Part shown: positions 38,401 to 52,033 of the stretch, in pieces
Layout of the letters: every line of letters begins with the position of its first letter
How positions within the stretch are numbered: the first letter of the stretch is position 1
DNA from: Octopus vulgaris
Taxonomy: Eukaryota
DNA: 64,000 nt
Direction of reading: 5' to 3'
Assembly: GCA_951406725.2 (NCBI GenBank)
Contig: OX597819.1
Location: 49,476,001 to 49,540,000 of the forward strand
Program-made: the position numbers and the translations under genes
Notes under the pieces: model-generated
Seen by the model: the letters and a program-made list of their open reading frames with translations, nothing else
What the model was told of the DNA's origin: nothing
The model's database searches: none

Positions 38401-40315
38401 TAAGGCCAATCTTTTCTCTTTATTCATTTATTTACTTATTCTTATTTCCATCTTATGTTTCATCATTATCATCACCAGCATCATCATTACATTCATTATC
38501 ATCACCATCATCATCATAATGACCTGTTTGGATTCCTAGCAGAACATTGGCTCTCCACAGTCAATCTTCCAGCATGTTCCATATTATGCTTTTTTTTTAT
38601 TTCACTTAGTTCCATATCATCCTCAATTCATTTGCTTATCTCTTCCAGGTGGTTCTCTCTACCTTCCTTTTTTCCTTTGTCATGTTCCAAATTTTTATTT
38701 GCTAGAAAACTTACTTTATTTTAATTGTTCTGTTATATTTCTTTCATATCAGGGATATTCTGGAAGGCAACTTTCATTTCTGTCATCTTTCATTCCTCTT
38801 CTATCACTCTTTGTTCAGTGATCCTTAGGTTTCTTGTTTTCCTCTTCCCCTCTGGGTTTCAAACTTATTTGTAAGATCAAAGTTCTACATTAATTGTATT
38901 GCTATTTTTATTTCACATCAAGAATATTCTGGAAGACAACTTTGATTGAGAACATTAACTATTAAGACTTTTTTTGTCTATCTTATCTAAAAACTAAATA
39001 TCTGCGAACAAGGTATGTGTTTGACTTCACACTCAAGTTTTGACTTTCTTAATCACTACTATATTTCCATGCAATTTATACTAAGAATTCATTGTTGTGA
39101 AATATAATTCCATAATGGAATGACTTTGACAATCAATAAGAATCTATCTATCCATCAAAGTATATTATATTTTTCCCCCAGTTTTTTGAAGCCTTCATTT
39201 TATTGATTATGAGTGTTTTTGACGGATGGTAAGTTTCAATAAAAAAAGAATTAAATTTAAAAAAGAAACAACTTCAAAATGTGGTTATTATAATAGACTC
39301 ACAGGTTTTTTTTTGTTTTAACTTCTTGAGACAGTTTTAATGGTCTGCTCAGTCAAGCATATTTATTTGATTGTTGAATGATTTTTTTTCCTTCTCCATT
39401 TGGTTCCATTTACTTACTATTACTTCTACAAACTGCAACTAGCATGATCTACACTTCAAAAATCAATTACTTCTGTACATCATTCAAACAACAACTCACA
39501 GAAAATGCCAAAGAAGAAATCAATATCTTCATTAGGCAGCAAGATCACCAAAATACCATTTAGATTAATACAACTTTCAAATGGCAATTACATCCAACTC
39601 AAGGACTGTGGACAGTCACCTCTGTTTCAGATTAAATTAAATTTCTTTTTCTTTTTTTTTAATATAAACCTCTTCTCCAGATCCACCTGCCTCTTCCAGA
39701 AGTCTGAAGTTTGGGATTTTAATTTATGCTTGTATATTGCCCATTCTCTCTGTCCATCAAATAAAAAACACAGATTTCACTTTGGTATCAATTCACCTTA
39801 TACAGATGAAGAAGTTTTGTTGCTTTAATGCAACAAAAGATGTCCATGGCTTGGTTATGCTGCCAGAACATTATAGAAGGCATAACTATCTGCAAAAATT
39901 TGTTCCAAAGACATGTAGTCCCTGATTTACAAAGATGTCAAAATAGTTACAGCTGGAATGCCTTTGATAATAGGTTTACTCACACATTGTTGATTTGGGA
40001 CTTATAACAATAGATGGTCATTTACCCATTCTTACATCCATTAGCAAAAGAAGCATAATACCTTTACAACAAAAAACTTCAAATACACACCTAATTTGCT
40101 GCAAGCCTTCTAGTCTTTGTCATGAAGGTCTCCACTAGTTTTTCAGAAATCTACTTCTTACCACTCTTCACATCCAACATGTTTCAAAGATGACAGAAAC
40201 AGTGAAAAATAATATTTTCACCGTAGCTTATTATATTTGAGAAATATATAAATCATGACCTATATATTTCTCAAATATATATAATATATAATATAATATA
40301 TATAAATCATGATCT

Positions 40316-40584
40316 GTGAAGGTGTGTGGCCAAGTGGTTAGGCTGTTGCACTCATGATTGCTAGATCGTGGGTTCGATTCCTGGATTGGACGATGTGTTG
40401 TGTTCTTGAGCAAAACACTTCATTTCATGTTCCTCCGGTCCCCCTTCGATCAAGGGGGAATGTTGGCCTGCTCATCTAGCCAGCAGGGTGGTATCATTTG
40501 AAGGCTAAAACAATGCAAAAGCACATTGTAACCAGTGATGTATAACAACATCTGAAAGTCTGATTAGTCATGTGTGATCACATG
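40316..40584 (+). mobile_element. SINE family E
   Basis: A box TGGCCAAGTGGT, B box GGTTCGATTCC, perfect 14-bp TSD ATAAATCATGATCT at 40302-40315 and 40585-40598. Confidence 0.9.
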
Positions 40585-41292
40585 ATAAATCATGATCTAA
40601 AGTGTTTTCAAAGTTCTTAAAAAGCCAATTTGTTAGGAGAATTACAATGCAGTGTTTGCTTTTCCATTTATCAGCATATTTATTTGATTTTTACAGAATT
40701 TCTGCTGGAAACATTCTTAGAAGAAATAATGGGCCATATATGGAACAAAATTGTCACATGCAGATTTCAGTGTTGAAAAAAATTAGAACCATGTCAGAAA
40801 GTACTATTTATTTAATAAGTCAATGTCTGAAATGTAAGGAAAATGCCAACAGATCTATGAGGATTGTCTGAAATCAGGGAGACAGAGAAACATGGGAGCA
40901 GAGTTGTGTACTGTGTGCAGTTAACATAGAATATGAACAAGCTGAAAGCAAATGTATTGTAAGAACATAGGAAAGGACTGCTATGTAAACAATGACACAT
41001 TCAGTTTTCATTGCCTGTTTAATCTGCAATTAATAGTGGAATAAACATTCTTGGTTCAATCCCTATATACTGTGCAGTTTAAATTACAACTTGCTAGCGA
41101 TGATAGTCTCTTAAATGGCAAAGTAAGCCTAAGGATGCAACATAATTCTAGCTGCTGCATAAGCTCTGAAATCACAAGCCTAGAAACCAGTGTTTATCAT
41201 TGTGCCTCTGTTCCTCAATTACTACAGAAACAGAGTTCTACTGTTTTAAATTTCTCTAATTAGAATACTTATAAATATTACATAATGATGTG

Positions 41293-41592
41293 TCAGTGGC
41301 ACGTAAAAAGCACCATCCAAACGTGGCCAATGCCAGTGCTGCCTTGACTGACTTCCATGCCAGTGGCATGTAAAAAGCACCAACCGATCGTGGCCATTGC
41401 CAGCCTCGCCTGGCACCTATGCCAGTGGCACGTAAAAAGCACCCATTACAGTGGTTGGCGTTAGGAAGGGCATCCAGCTGTAGAAACACTGCCAGATCAG
41501 ACTGGAGCCTGGTGCAGCCTCCTGGCTTCCCAGACCCCGGTCGAACTGTCCAACCCATGGAAAATGGACGTTAAACGCTGATGATGATGATC
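41293..41592 (+). mobile_element. Family C retroposon
   Basis: Three CAGTGGCA(C/T)GTAAAAAGCACC units, conserved 3' part, (GAT)n tail. Confidence 0.85.
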
Positions 41593-43404
41593 AAAGCTTC
41601 ATACTAGAAGTATTAAATATTCCATTTTTATATCATGATTTTTCAGACCTTAACTTCACCTTTACAGTATATATTTGCATTACTCAAATACTGTTCTACA
41701 TTTTGATAACTTTGACTGTTATTTGGTGTCTTATTACTAGATATGTATATAGTCTCAGACTGGATTCAAATTTGGATGAAGACATTACTTAGTGGATAAA
41801 GAACATTCCTTCTCTTTGGTTATAAGTATGGAGATAAATATTTTATGTACTAAATCAAGCAAAAGAATAGAGGAACAGTTTAAGAGCAAGTTTAACAGTC
41901 CAGAAAATTATAATCTTATCTACAATTCAGATCAGAAAACCCATTATATGTTTAGTTCCATTTTTACTTCCACAACCGAAAACAAACTGAATAATCCATT
42001 CTTTCTTCTTGAGTGTGACACAGATATTGGCATTGAATGTATTTGGTTCACTAATCACTCAGAGAGATATGTTGGAACTCTGCTATAGCCATTATATGGT
42101 GTCCCTTAAAAGTTTCTGGTCGTTCTTCATTTAAAGTACCTGTCTAATCACAAATACAATTTCCACTTCAACAGTTGATTATTTAACATTGGACAAAAAA
42201 ATCAGTCAGCTCTATTAACTATTCCAAATAAAAGCAAATAATCTATTTACAAACACAAACCCACTCAAAGTAACATAGAAAAACAAACTTACAAAAAAAC
42301 ATTAAATAAGATTAAAAAAATAAAAGTCCCCGGCATCTAGATTTTTCTATATTACATTTACTTGAAAATAAATAAGGTACAAGAATTTTTGTTATATACT
42401 CTTTCATTACCACTCATTGATTATAAAACTACAGCTATAGCAAACCATGGAGGAAGCCTATTTAGTAGAGTGATTTACCAGAAAAGCAGACCTGGGTCAA
42501 TATGATATTGTACAATCAGTAGAAAGGGCAGCTAGTCATATCCTGTGGCCAAATTTCATTGCTTGCTATCACAAAAACTTTCAATGGACAAATGCACCTA
42601 AATCTCAGGTTATCACAAAGGTTAAAATTTACTACTTTAAGTAGGAGTTGGACATTAATGAATGAATTAATTACTTGTTGACTTACTTAACTGAATTCAG
42701 TTCCTCAGGTTGTGATAGTTACCTGTAATATTGACAGCTTTCTTAAAGGAAGATTTATCTTATCAAATTAACACTACAGAAACCAGAGATTAGCATAAAG
42801 ACGCAAGCAGACATTAGCACAGGTACTGCTTCCACACATATGGTGGTGCTACCACTACACACACACACACCTGAGACCACCTGCAAAAGAAAGGCATCTG
42901 CCTTATTGGCAAATACATGCTCACCAACACACCACAATGCCTAACTGAAGACATATTGCATTCTCTCTGCCTATTATATTGCTACTACAACTCTAAAGTA
43001 ACTTGATGCATTCCACTCTAATCAGACTCATTCATCTTTCTGCTTTTTATCACCACACTGTTGTCTCAGACAAAGAGCTCATACTAAATCCCTTTTTCAA
43101 ATCCTTCCTACTCTGGAATTCAATCCCACCCATGTTTTTCCCAAAAGATGTTGACTTACTGATGTTCAAGTTGAACAACCCAGAACCCAGATAGCCTCTT
43201 TAATCTGAAAGAATTTGCAGTTATTACAAGCACTATATTACCTTCTCTTGACTAAACTGTAAAAATGTTATCAAAGAGAAGAGGTGGGATTATGCAACCT
43301 CTGCATGTTTTTGAAGAACCTGAGTGACTCAGCAGGGTATCTAAGTCAAGGGATCAAAACCAAGTTGCAGTCTCAGTAGACAAGGAATTTACTCAACCTT
43401 ATAT

Positions 43405-43805
43405 TCTATCTTTTACTTGTTCTAGTCATTAGACAGCAACCATGCTGGAATACCACCTTGAAGAATTTTTGTCAAATTAATTGACCCCAGTACTTTTTTT
43501 ATTTTTTAAGCCCAGTACTTATCCTATCGGTCTCTTTTGCTGAACCACTAAGTTATGGGGACATAAACACACCAGTATCAGTTGTCAAATGTTGATGGGG
43601 GACAAACACAGATACAAACAGAGATGTATGTATGTAAAATAATAATAAATAAATGTGCCCTTTTAAAGCCTAGTCAGGCTCGTGGGCCCAGTTTCCTAGT
43701 TTCAATGGTGTATGTGTTCCCCAGCTGTCACCCGGTCCAGGAATCGAAACCACAATCTTACGATCATGATGCTGACACCCTAACCACTAAGCCATGCACC
43801 TCCAC
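43405..43805 (-). mobile_element. SINE A 3' part plus SINE E, both minus strand
   Basis: Reverse-complement matches at ~43405-43620 and ~43645-43805. Confidence 0.75.
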
Positions 43806-43838
43806 ATGTATGTATGCATATATATATATACATATATA

Positions 43839-45154
43839 TCAGGTCATTAAGAATGAAATGCCCGATTTTCATATGCACCAATTTTGACAGTCATTAACTC
43901 TAATGTTTTATCCCAACAATTCTTCGTTTTACAACATGGAAGAGTTACATCATCACTTTTCAAAATGAAAGTCATGGTGTCTGATTATATTGTGAGTTTT
44001 CTCTTGTAAATCAATTTTTGTAAACCCATGGGTAGATCAAAAATTCATGTTGTTTATGAATATGAGTACCATCATGGAACCAATGCATCTCAGACAGCTT
44101 GAAATACCATTGAGGTGTTTGGTGAAGATGTGGCGAATGAGCACACTGTACGTCAATAGTTTGAGAAGTTCCTGTCTGGAGACTTTACTCTTAAAAATCA
44201 GCCTCGTGGTTGGCCTGAGACCAAGGTGGATAATAATGACCTAGAAACTGTAGTGGAAGCAGATACATCTTAAACTAGGCATGAGTTAGCAGCAAGGTTT
44301 GATGTTTCAATTCCAACTGTATTGGATCATCCAAAACAAATCAGCAAGGCAAAGAAGCTGGACAAGTGGGTACCACACGAACTGAACGAGCATCAAATGA
44401 TACATCATCTTGAAACTTGCTGTTCTTTGCTGTCTCAGCATAAAAGCAAACCATTTGTGCATCGTATTGTTATGTGTGATGAAAAATGGATTTTCTCAAC
44501 AATAGCAAGTGTTCTGCATGGTGGTTAGATAAAGATGAAGTGCCCAAACACAATCTAGAAAAGAATATTTATCAACAAAAGCTAATGGTGTCTGTTTGGT
44601 AGTCGAGTGCTTGTGTCATCCACTACAGCTTCATGAGAACTGGTAAGTCAATTACAGCAGATATATACATCAACCAATTGGATGAAATGATGAGTGAACT
44701 TGCAATTAAACAACTGAGATTGGTCACTACAGACAGGCCAATTCTCTTGCAAGACAATGCTTGACCATATGTTGCACAAAGAATGCTACTCAGATTCCAG
44801 GAACTGAACTTGGAAGTACTCTGTCATCTGCCATATTCACCAGACCTTGCACCAACTGACTGTCACATTTTCCAGGCATTAGACAACTTTTTGCTAGGAA
44901 AAAACTTCAATTCTGAAGAAGATGCAAAAGTAACCTTTTGTGATTTCATCATCTCTTGCTTCCCAGAATTCTTCACTGCTGGAATAAATAAGCTTCTGAT
45001 AAAATGGCGAAATTGTGTTGATAATCTAGGTGCATACTTTGATTAACTGCATTGCTTTTTATTGAGATAAAGCAAAATTAAGATAAGCTTTTTATTGAGA
45101 TAAGTAAAATAAACTTTCAGTTCAAAATCAGACATTCCTTTCTTAATGACCTAA
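43839..45154 (+). mobile_element. Full-length degenerate mariner (Hsmar1/cecropia-like)
   Basis: Imperfect ~30-bp TIRs T(C/T)AGGTCATTAAGAA(T/A)G(A/G)AATG..GATTTT, TA context, ~1.3 kb length. Confidence 0.92.
44028..45046 (+). pseudogene. Mariner transposase pseudogene
   Basis: WVPHEL, CDEKWI, LLQDNA, YSPDLAPTD and GAYFD* motifs with several stops and frameshifts. Confidence 0.92.
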
Positions 45155-45359
45155 TGTATATATAGTCAATTCAAATAAAGAAATACATGAGGACATGTAT
45201 GAGAAATGTATTAGCTTGGCACTGGTGAAAGGAAAGAGTTTGGTGTTTGGAGCATAGCTCTTTGTCGGACAGGAGATAGGAAGAAGTCCAAAGAAGGAAA
45301 AGAAATCACAGTTAGCACATGTGTATTACATTGCTGAAGTGACTGGAAGTATATGTATA

Positions 45360-45525
45360 TGTATGTATATACACAACAGGATTCTTATAGTTTCCATCTA
45401 CCAAATCCATTCACAAGGCTTTGGTTGGACTGAAGCAATAGTAGAAGACACTTGCTGAAGGTACCACACAGTGGGATTGAATCCGAAACCAGGTAGCCGG
45501 GAAGCAAGTTTCTTTTCATACAGCC
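45360..45525 (-). mobile_element. SINE A 5' half, diverged
   Basis: Reverse-complement head and CORE-like region. Confidence 0.7.
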
Positions 45526-46011
45526 AGATCTGCTTGAAAACCCCTTTTTAATTACTGATATTTGCCAATGCTCTTCATACAAACAATATCATATTGATGC
45601 TAGTTTTATTGAATGTAGTGCAAAATTAGTCACAGTAAGATTTCATCTCTCAAACATAAATCATCAGTCTTCAGCACATCCATTCCAGCTCTGACCAATA
45701 TCAAGTTCACATCCTTGACCCTAGAAATACAGTGGAAGTCACTTATTGTTATCATGGATAATAAATTTCAAAATGCTATAATCAAAATTAGTAAGTCTCC
45801 AAACACACAGGAGATACTCCAGACACTGTGATATCCTCTGCATAATGTTATCAACTGGTTATTGTTATTTTTAAATGTTCCATCCCAAAGTAATTACATT
45901 ATGTGGTTTCCACTTTAGTGATTTTTTTGTATTGCTACAAAGCCTAAATTTCGTGAGAGAGGAGTAAAAAATATTTAAAGAAACCCCAATACATGTCTAG
46001 TGTTTATTATA

Positions 46012-46420
46012 TTAACAACCATATGGTCTCAGGTTCAGTCCCACTGTGAAGCACCTTGGGCAAGTAACTTCTATTATAACCTAGGACCAAAAAAAGCCTT
46101 GTAAGTGGATTTGGGTAGAAGGAAACTAGAAGAAGCCTGTCATGTGTGCATTTATGTGCAAGCACGTGCATGTATGTACACTTGTCTTGACATCATGTGA
46201 TGATTGTAAACAAGCATCACTCATATAAGTGGTACTGTTCATTTCCAGTCTTCCATGGAAAACACATCTGGCCATGGGAAATATTACCTTGCTTAGAAAC
46301 AGGTAAAGGTTGATGACAGGAAGGGCATCTAGCTGTAGAAAATCTGCCTCAACAAATTTCATCTGACCAATGCAAGCATTGAAAAGTAGGCATTGAATTG
46401 TGATAATGGACATGAAGAAC
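46012..46420 (+). mobile_element. SINE variant D
   Basis: A head, then GTCTTGACATCATGTGATG body and CAGGAAGGGCATCTAGCTGTAGAAAATCTGCC tail. Confidence 0.8.
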
Positions 46421-47255
46421 AATCAAAGGACATAAAGTCAATTCCAGGAAGATTTTGAACTTAAAACATAATGGAATGAAACTAAATACTGGCAAGTATT
46501 TAGTCTAGAGCTCTACATTTCACAAACTACTGTCATTGTAATCCCAGAAAGTATTGATTCAGTTTATAATTGTTGTTCCACTAAGGCATTAAACTGCTAA
46601 AAATTTGATAGGAAAATATGTATGGCAATACATCAATCAAGTGAATAGGTGACAATATAAATCAGACTTTCAAAGAGATTAAAATGGATTAGATAAATAA
46701 GAGATATAATCCTATAAAAGTTACTAGCTTTAGGCTAGGAATTCTAAGAGTTATAATTAATACTGTTAAATATTGAAAAAAAAGTAACTTCTCAAATAAC
46801 AGCAAAGCTTAGTTTTGCGTTCATCATTATTTGTACATAGACGACAGCTATAATTATCCTGACAAATAATTTTAGCTTTCGTATAAACAATAAAAAATTT
46901 AAGAAGTTTGCTATAGTGCATATATATATTAGTTGGCTTTCTTTTCTTTTGATCTTAAATGCCATTAGTCTTTCTTTACCAGTCTCACATACCCAATATA
47001 TTGTTTATGTTTGCTCAATGTTCATCGTTGACATTAACTTGTATCCTAGTAGCAGATCTGCAGCCAGTGATTGAGCCTCTTCATCTTGATGGGTGTAAAG
47101 AGTGTCAGTCCCTGAGGTGGCTGTTTAGGCCGAGGGTGATATAGAAGAGCTAGAGGTATTTATTGCAAGGGAAGGTTGGTAGGGTACGAGGAAGTGTGAG
47201 TCATTCTTTGTGTCTTTGATGTTTGGTTTCTGCCTCTCAGTGTCTGATATTTTCT

Positions 47256-47488
47256 TATTTCTTTATTGCCCACAAGGGGCTAAACATAGAGGGGACAAAC
47301 AAGGACAGACAAAGGGATTAAGTCGATTACATCGACCCCTGTGCGTGACTGACACTTAATTTATCAACCCCGAAAGGATGAAAAGCAAAGTTGACCTCGG
47401 CGGAATTTGAACTCAGAACGTAGCGGCAGACGAAATACCGCTAAGCATTTCACCCAGCATGCTAACGTTTCTGCTAGCTTGCCACCTT
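47256..47488 (-). mobile_element. SINE B, tail type 1
   Basis: Family match; 15-bp TSD TGTCTG(A/T)TATTTTCT at 47241-47255 and 47489-47503. Confidence 0.92.
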
Positions 47489-47859
47489 TGTCTGTTATTT
47501 TCTATTAGATCTGTTCTTTCGACAATGACATGCTGCCACTTTGGGATCTCCTAGGCGATTACCACCCAGGTATTTGGGTCAAAGGAACAGCAGAAGTTGA
47601 CGAACTTGAGCTAGTCTTACAAATGGAGTTTGGGGGATCCACATAGTCTGGTGCTTGAGGCCAACTCTAAGGAAGATGATTTGACAGGGGAAGCATGTTT
47701 GAGTCATACTCTTCTTTCGCTCAATGTTGTTATTCATTTATTCTTTTATTGATTTCAGTCAATTAGACTATGGCCATACTAGGATATCCCATGCCCTTCA
47801 AGAATCTAAGCCAATCATATTAACCACAATAGTTATTCCAGCCTAGCAATTATATTAAC

Positions 47860-48162
47860 TCCACCAAAGCTGGTCCCAAGCAAAATTGAGAAAGGAGGGT
47901 TATAGGCATAAGGTTAGCATCTCTGTACTATCAATTTTCTACCTTGCATTTGAAACACCAACAAGAGAACATATGAAAATGGTCCTGGTAAGGGGAGTTA
48001 AGCCTCAGACACTGTTATGAAGCAGTGTAGTAAAATCTGAAAAGAAGAAGCTATGCCAGGCAATTACATGTGGGGGACAACTGCAATCCATAGTCAAAGA
48101 CAGAGATGGATGGAGATGTTTTCTTGGCACCTTGTGCTCCACATGGAGCCAAAGGAATTAAC
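47860..48162 (+). mobile_element. RTE-clade remnant (UTR-like piece joined to 3' end)
   Basis: 3' part translates TWGQLQSIVKDRDGWRCFL, like the RTE C-terminal A.DR..WR motif. Confidence 0.5.
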
Positions 48163-48504
48163 ACAGACACTTAATTTTATTGATCTGTACTTGCCAAACT
48201 ATTAGGTTATGGACATAAAGAAACATAGTGCACCAATTCATGAGGGATATTGGATTTGAAACAGGTAAGTGGATCCTGGTTTTTAGACTAGGTATTCTAG
48301 TTCCTTGCTCATGTCTTTCCTACAACAGTTTTAGCAGGGCGTTAATAACATCAGTCTTACCAGTTTTGGAGGGCTTGCAAAGACCATGAGCACTGGCCTT
48401 ATCTCCAGACTCAGTAAAAATAAAAAAAGAAGGAAAAACACAACACAAGGTGACTCAAGTGAAAGCACACACATACATTTATATGACAATTTCTGTCTAC
48501 CAAA

Positions 48505-48865
48505 TTAGTGGCTATCATGGTTATGATCATGATTTCCATGTATTATGTAGGGGAAAAGAATTAGATTACTATAAATATTCAAAATGTTTTCTCCTACACA
48601 CAGTTTAAGCATTACATTTTGTATGTTTTTTCTTTTTATCTTTTAGTTTGGAAGGAAAACAGTGCCTATGACTATACAGAGCCACAGAGCTGATGAAGAG
48701 GGGAAGGTAGCCTCAAACCTTAGACCTGAATACTTGCAACAGAGTAGACTCTACAAAAGGTACCCATGGCAGTAAGGTGATAGTGTTAAAGCAGATGACA
48801 GATTAAGTCTAGCACCTAAGTAGACCATAGTGGGATTTGAACTCATATTGCAAAGAGTCACAACA
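48505..48865 (+). repeat. Local direct duplication, copy 1 (copy 2 at ~49862-50203)
   Basis: TGGCTATC(A/G)TGGTTATGATCAT...GCAAAGAGTCAC alignable over ~350 bp. Confidence 0.9.
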
Positions 48866-48874
48866 AATTAGTGA

Positions 48875-49123
48875 ATATATGTATATATATATATATATGT
48901 GTGTGTTTGTGTGTGTATACGTTTGTGTGTCTGTGTTTGTCCCCCCAACATCGCTTGACAACTGATGCTGGTGTGTTTACGTCCCCGTAACTAAGCAGTT
49001 CGACAAAAGAGACCAATAGAATAAGTACTAGGCTTACAAAGAATAAGTCCTGGAGTCGATTTGCTCGACTAAAGGCGGTGCTCCAGCATGGCTGCAGTCA
49101 AATGACTGAAACAAGTAAAAGAG
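48875..49123 (+). mobile_element. SINE A 3' half
   Basis: Microsatellite plus 3' domain. Confidence 0.88.
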
Positions 49124-49861
49124 TATATACATCAACAATCCCTATCTCCATGGAACATTTCATTCTATGTAAATAACTAAGCTTTGCAACCATTGAAGAA
49201 TTTCAAACCCAGTTTTATTATCAGAGATTAGTGATAGGCATCCCACTAAGAGTAAGCCTGTCTACATGCATATCACTGTTTGATAGTTATATATATATAT
49301 ATCCAGGCTTATTTCCCATTTTTTGGGGGTGGCAGGGGTGGGGGTAGCCACAACAAGACACACACCAGGCATTCCATTCATTTCCCAGCTCAAAGTGGCA
49401 AGCCCCACCCTCAACCCCATTTGATAGTTACTGGCAGCAAACTAGGACTGAACCTGGTTAGATTCATTCCTCATCATCTTGTGACTTTAATGGAAAGTCT
49501 TTCCTCAATAGTGTATATCCCAATTGATCAACCAACCATGTATATTGGCTAAGTTTTCTTTGCTTAAGCTAGTTTCCATTCTATGGTTGAATGGATACTT
49601 TACATTTAGTGGAATCACTTTTTCTTAAAAGTATATTTCTTCAGTAAAAAAGTTTTCCTGACCTTTCTTGCTTCCTGGAGCTTCTAAAAGTTCAAAGGAA
49701 AATCAATAGGCTTCTAATTTTTTACATGTGTTTTATATCGTTCTTTAGGTGTGAAAGAATTATGGATTTGACCTTTCACTAAAAGAGCTATTTTAAAAAT
49801 AAATCTTTTTGATTCAGTAAAACGTTTTTTTTTCTTACATATCTGCTAAATGCTGATGAAG

Positions 49862-50203
49862 TTGGCTATCGTGGTTATGATCATAATTTCCATGTATTAT
49901 TTGGAGGAAAAGAATTAGATTCCTACAAATACTCAAAATGTTTTCTCCTACACACAGTTTAAGCATTACATTTTGTAATTTGTTTTCTTTTTATCTTTTA
50001 GTTTGGAAAGCAAACAGTGCCTATGGTTCAGAGCTGGTGAGAGGGAGGAAGGCATCCTCAAACCACAGACCTGAATACTTGCAACAGAGTAGACTCTACG
50101 AAAGATACCCAAGGCAGTAGGTGATAATGTTAAAGTAGATAACAAGTCTAGCACCTAAGTAGATCATAGTGGGATTTGAACTCATATTGCAAAGAGTCAC
50201 TAC
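49862..50203 (+). repeat. Local direct duplication, copy 2
   Basis: Aligns with 48505-48865. Confidence 0.9.
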
Positions 50204-51744
50204 AAGCACTGTAAGTTTTGATGTTCTTGCAGTTCTACCAATTCTGTTGCTCTGGACTGGTACCTTTTTTTTGACAATCTTGAAAGGATGAAAAACATGG
50301 TTGGCCTTTGTAAGATTAGAGCACAGAGTTGGAGAAAATACCATGAGACATTCTATCTAACACTTTAATGACTTCCAATTCTCTGCTGTGACACATTTAT
50401 ATGTCAATACACATATACAACCCTGTAACAATGCAGCAGTAATTCACTCCTGTTTCAAATGTCTTATTTTTGGTATGTCAGGACTGGATCCAGTTTAAGG
50501 AGAGATAACCCACTAAACTGTTATCCAGGTAATATAGTCCATAGATTAAAGGGACAACAGAATGGACAACAATGTATAAGTGTCGGGAATTATTATGCGC
50601 CATGGGAAACATCATAGCAAGAAAACTTCTTCCTTTGCATTGCAGCAGACCACCATTTATAAGTGTGGCCAGTTGCTTTCATGTGCAGTTAACAAAGTCA
50701 TATGACAGAGATAACTCCCAATATATGAAGAACCATAGAACATGCCAAAATGTCACGTTGTTCATGGTGGTTGTTGTTACTCAGTCCTTGATCAATCCTG
50801 AACAAAAAGACCTGTGACAACTAGCATTCCATCCATGTCTGTCAATCAGCTATTTTATACTCAACACTGCATTTGCTCAGGTATCCATTTTTTTTTACTT
50901 TTCACAATGGTTGGATGTGATTTGAGGGTGATATGGCTACTAGTTGTAGCAAGTAAAGAAATAATATATAAAGCCCAAAAATAAAGAAAACACAAAGACA
51001 AGATGAAAGAACAACTAAAAGTGTTGACACTTAGGTAAAATGGAAGAAGTCTTTAGTGTTTCGTGCCTATGCTCTTCTACAGAAAGGAGCTCCTATGTTA
51101 ATTAGTTTCAAATAACTCGACAACATGGTTTCAATTTCCAGTTTGAAAAGCTTCACTTAGGTTGTCTTGGAATAAGTACAAACATCACAATTTCACATTT
51201 TTGTTCCCCTGTAAAAGTGTGCTTAAATGTTTATGTATACCACCTGGCATGGTGTAGAAAGAAGACATGTTTTTCTAAGAAATTATTATGCATTGCTATG
51301 CACGTACACACCTCTACAAACAACATACAATTAATTCATTATGTATCTATTTATACATACATATACAAAGAACATATATACAGCATCATAACTGAATTCT
51401 TTTATCTGGATTTTATCAGGGTTTGCTTTATTTAGATTCCATAAAGAAGATACACTATAATGATTACAATAGAAAATAGGTAAACCAACCATTAGAGAAC
51501 TGTGCTGTGTACTAAATATATTTGTAGTGAGAAAACAGTGCTACCTTTCTTAGAAATACAATTAACTTCACTGAAAGAAATTATATCAAATAATAATAAA
51601 ACAATAAACAACAATTCTTTTTTTTTTCTTTTTTGTTATTGTATTTTTAAAAGTTATTTTCCATATGATGCAAGAATTTTAGATAAAAATCAAAACACTT
51701 TCACTGAAAGAATATATTACTGTTGAAAATCCAAATTAAAATGG

Positions 51745-52033
51745 TGGGAGTTGTAGACATAGCTGTGTTGTTAAGTTTGCTTCTTAACCATGTGGTCCCA
51801 GGTTCAGTCCCACTGCATGTTCGATAAGTGTCTTTGTCTACAGCTCCGGGTCAACCAAAGCTTTGTGAGAGATTTTGATAGAGAGAAACTAAAAGAAGCT
51901 CATCATATGTATACATGCATGTGTGTGTGTGTGTGTGTTTCTGTGTATGTATGTGTATGTATGTACGTATGCACGGATGGATGGATCAATGGATGGATAG
52001 ATGTGTGTGTATGTCATGTGATGGCTGTAAATG
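51745..52033 (+). mobile_element. SINE variant D 5' part, truncated where the LINE begins
   Basis: Diverged A head, TG microsatellite, GTCATGTGATGGCTGTAAA. Confidence 0.7.

Noticed and set aside
41792-42088. 98-aa non-repetitive ORF; other exon-like stretches at ~1301, ~2471, ~6326, ~10561, ~40696
   Set aside because: No recognisable domain and no consistent exon chain; compatible with chance in AT-rich DNA
44028-45046. SETMAR-like host gene
   Set aside because: Multiple stops and frameshifts, flanked by TIRs, no SET domain; an ordinary dead mariner
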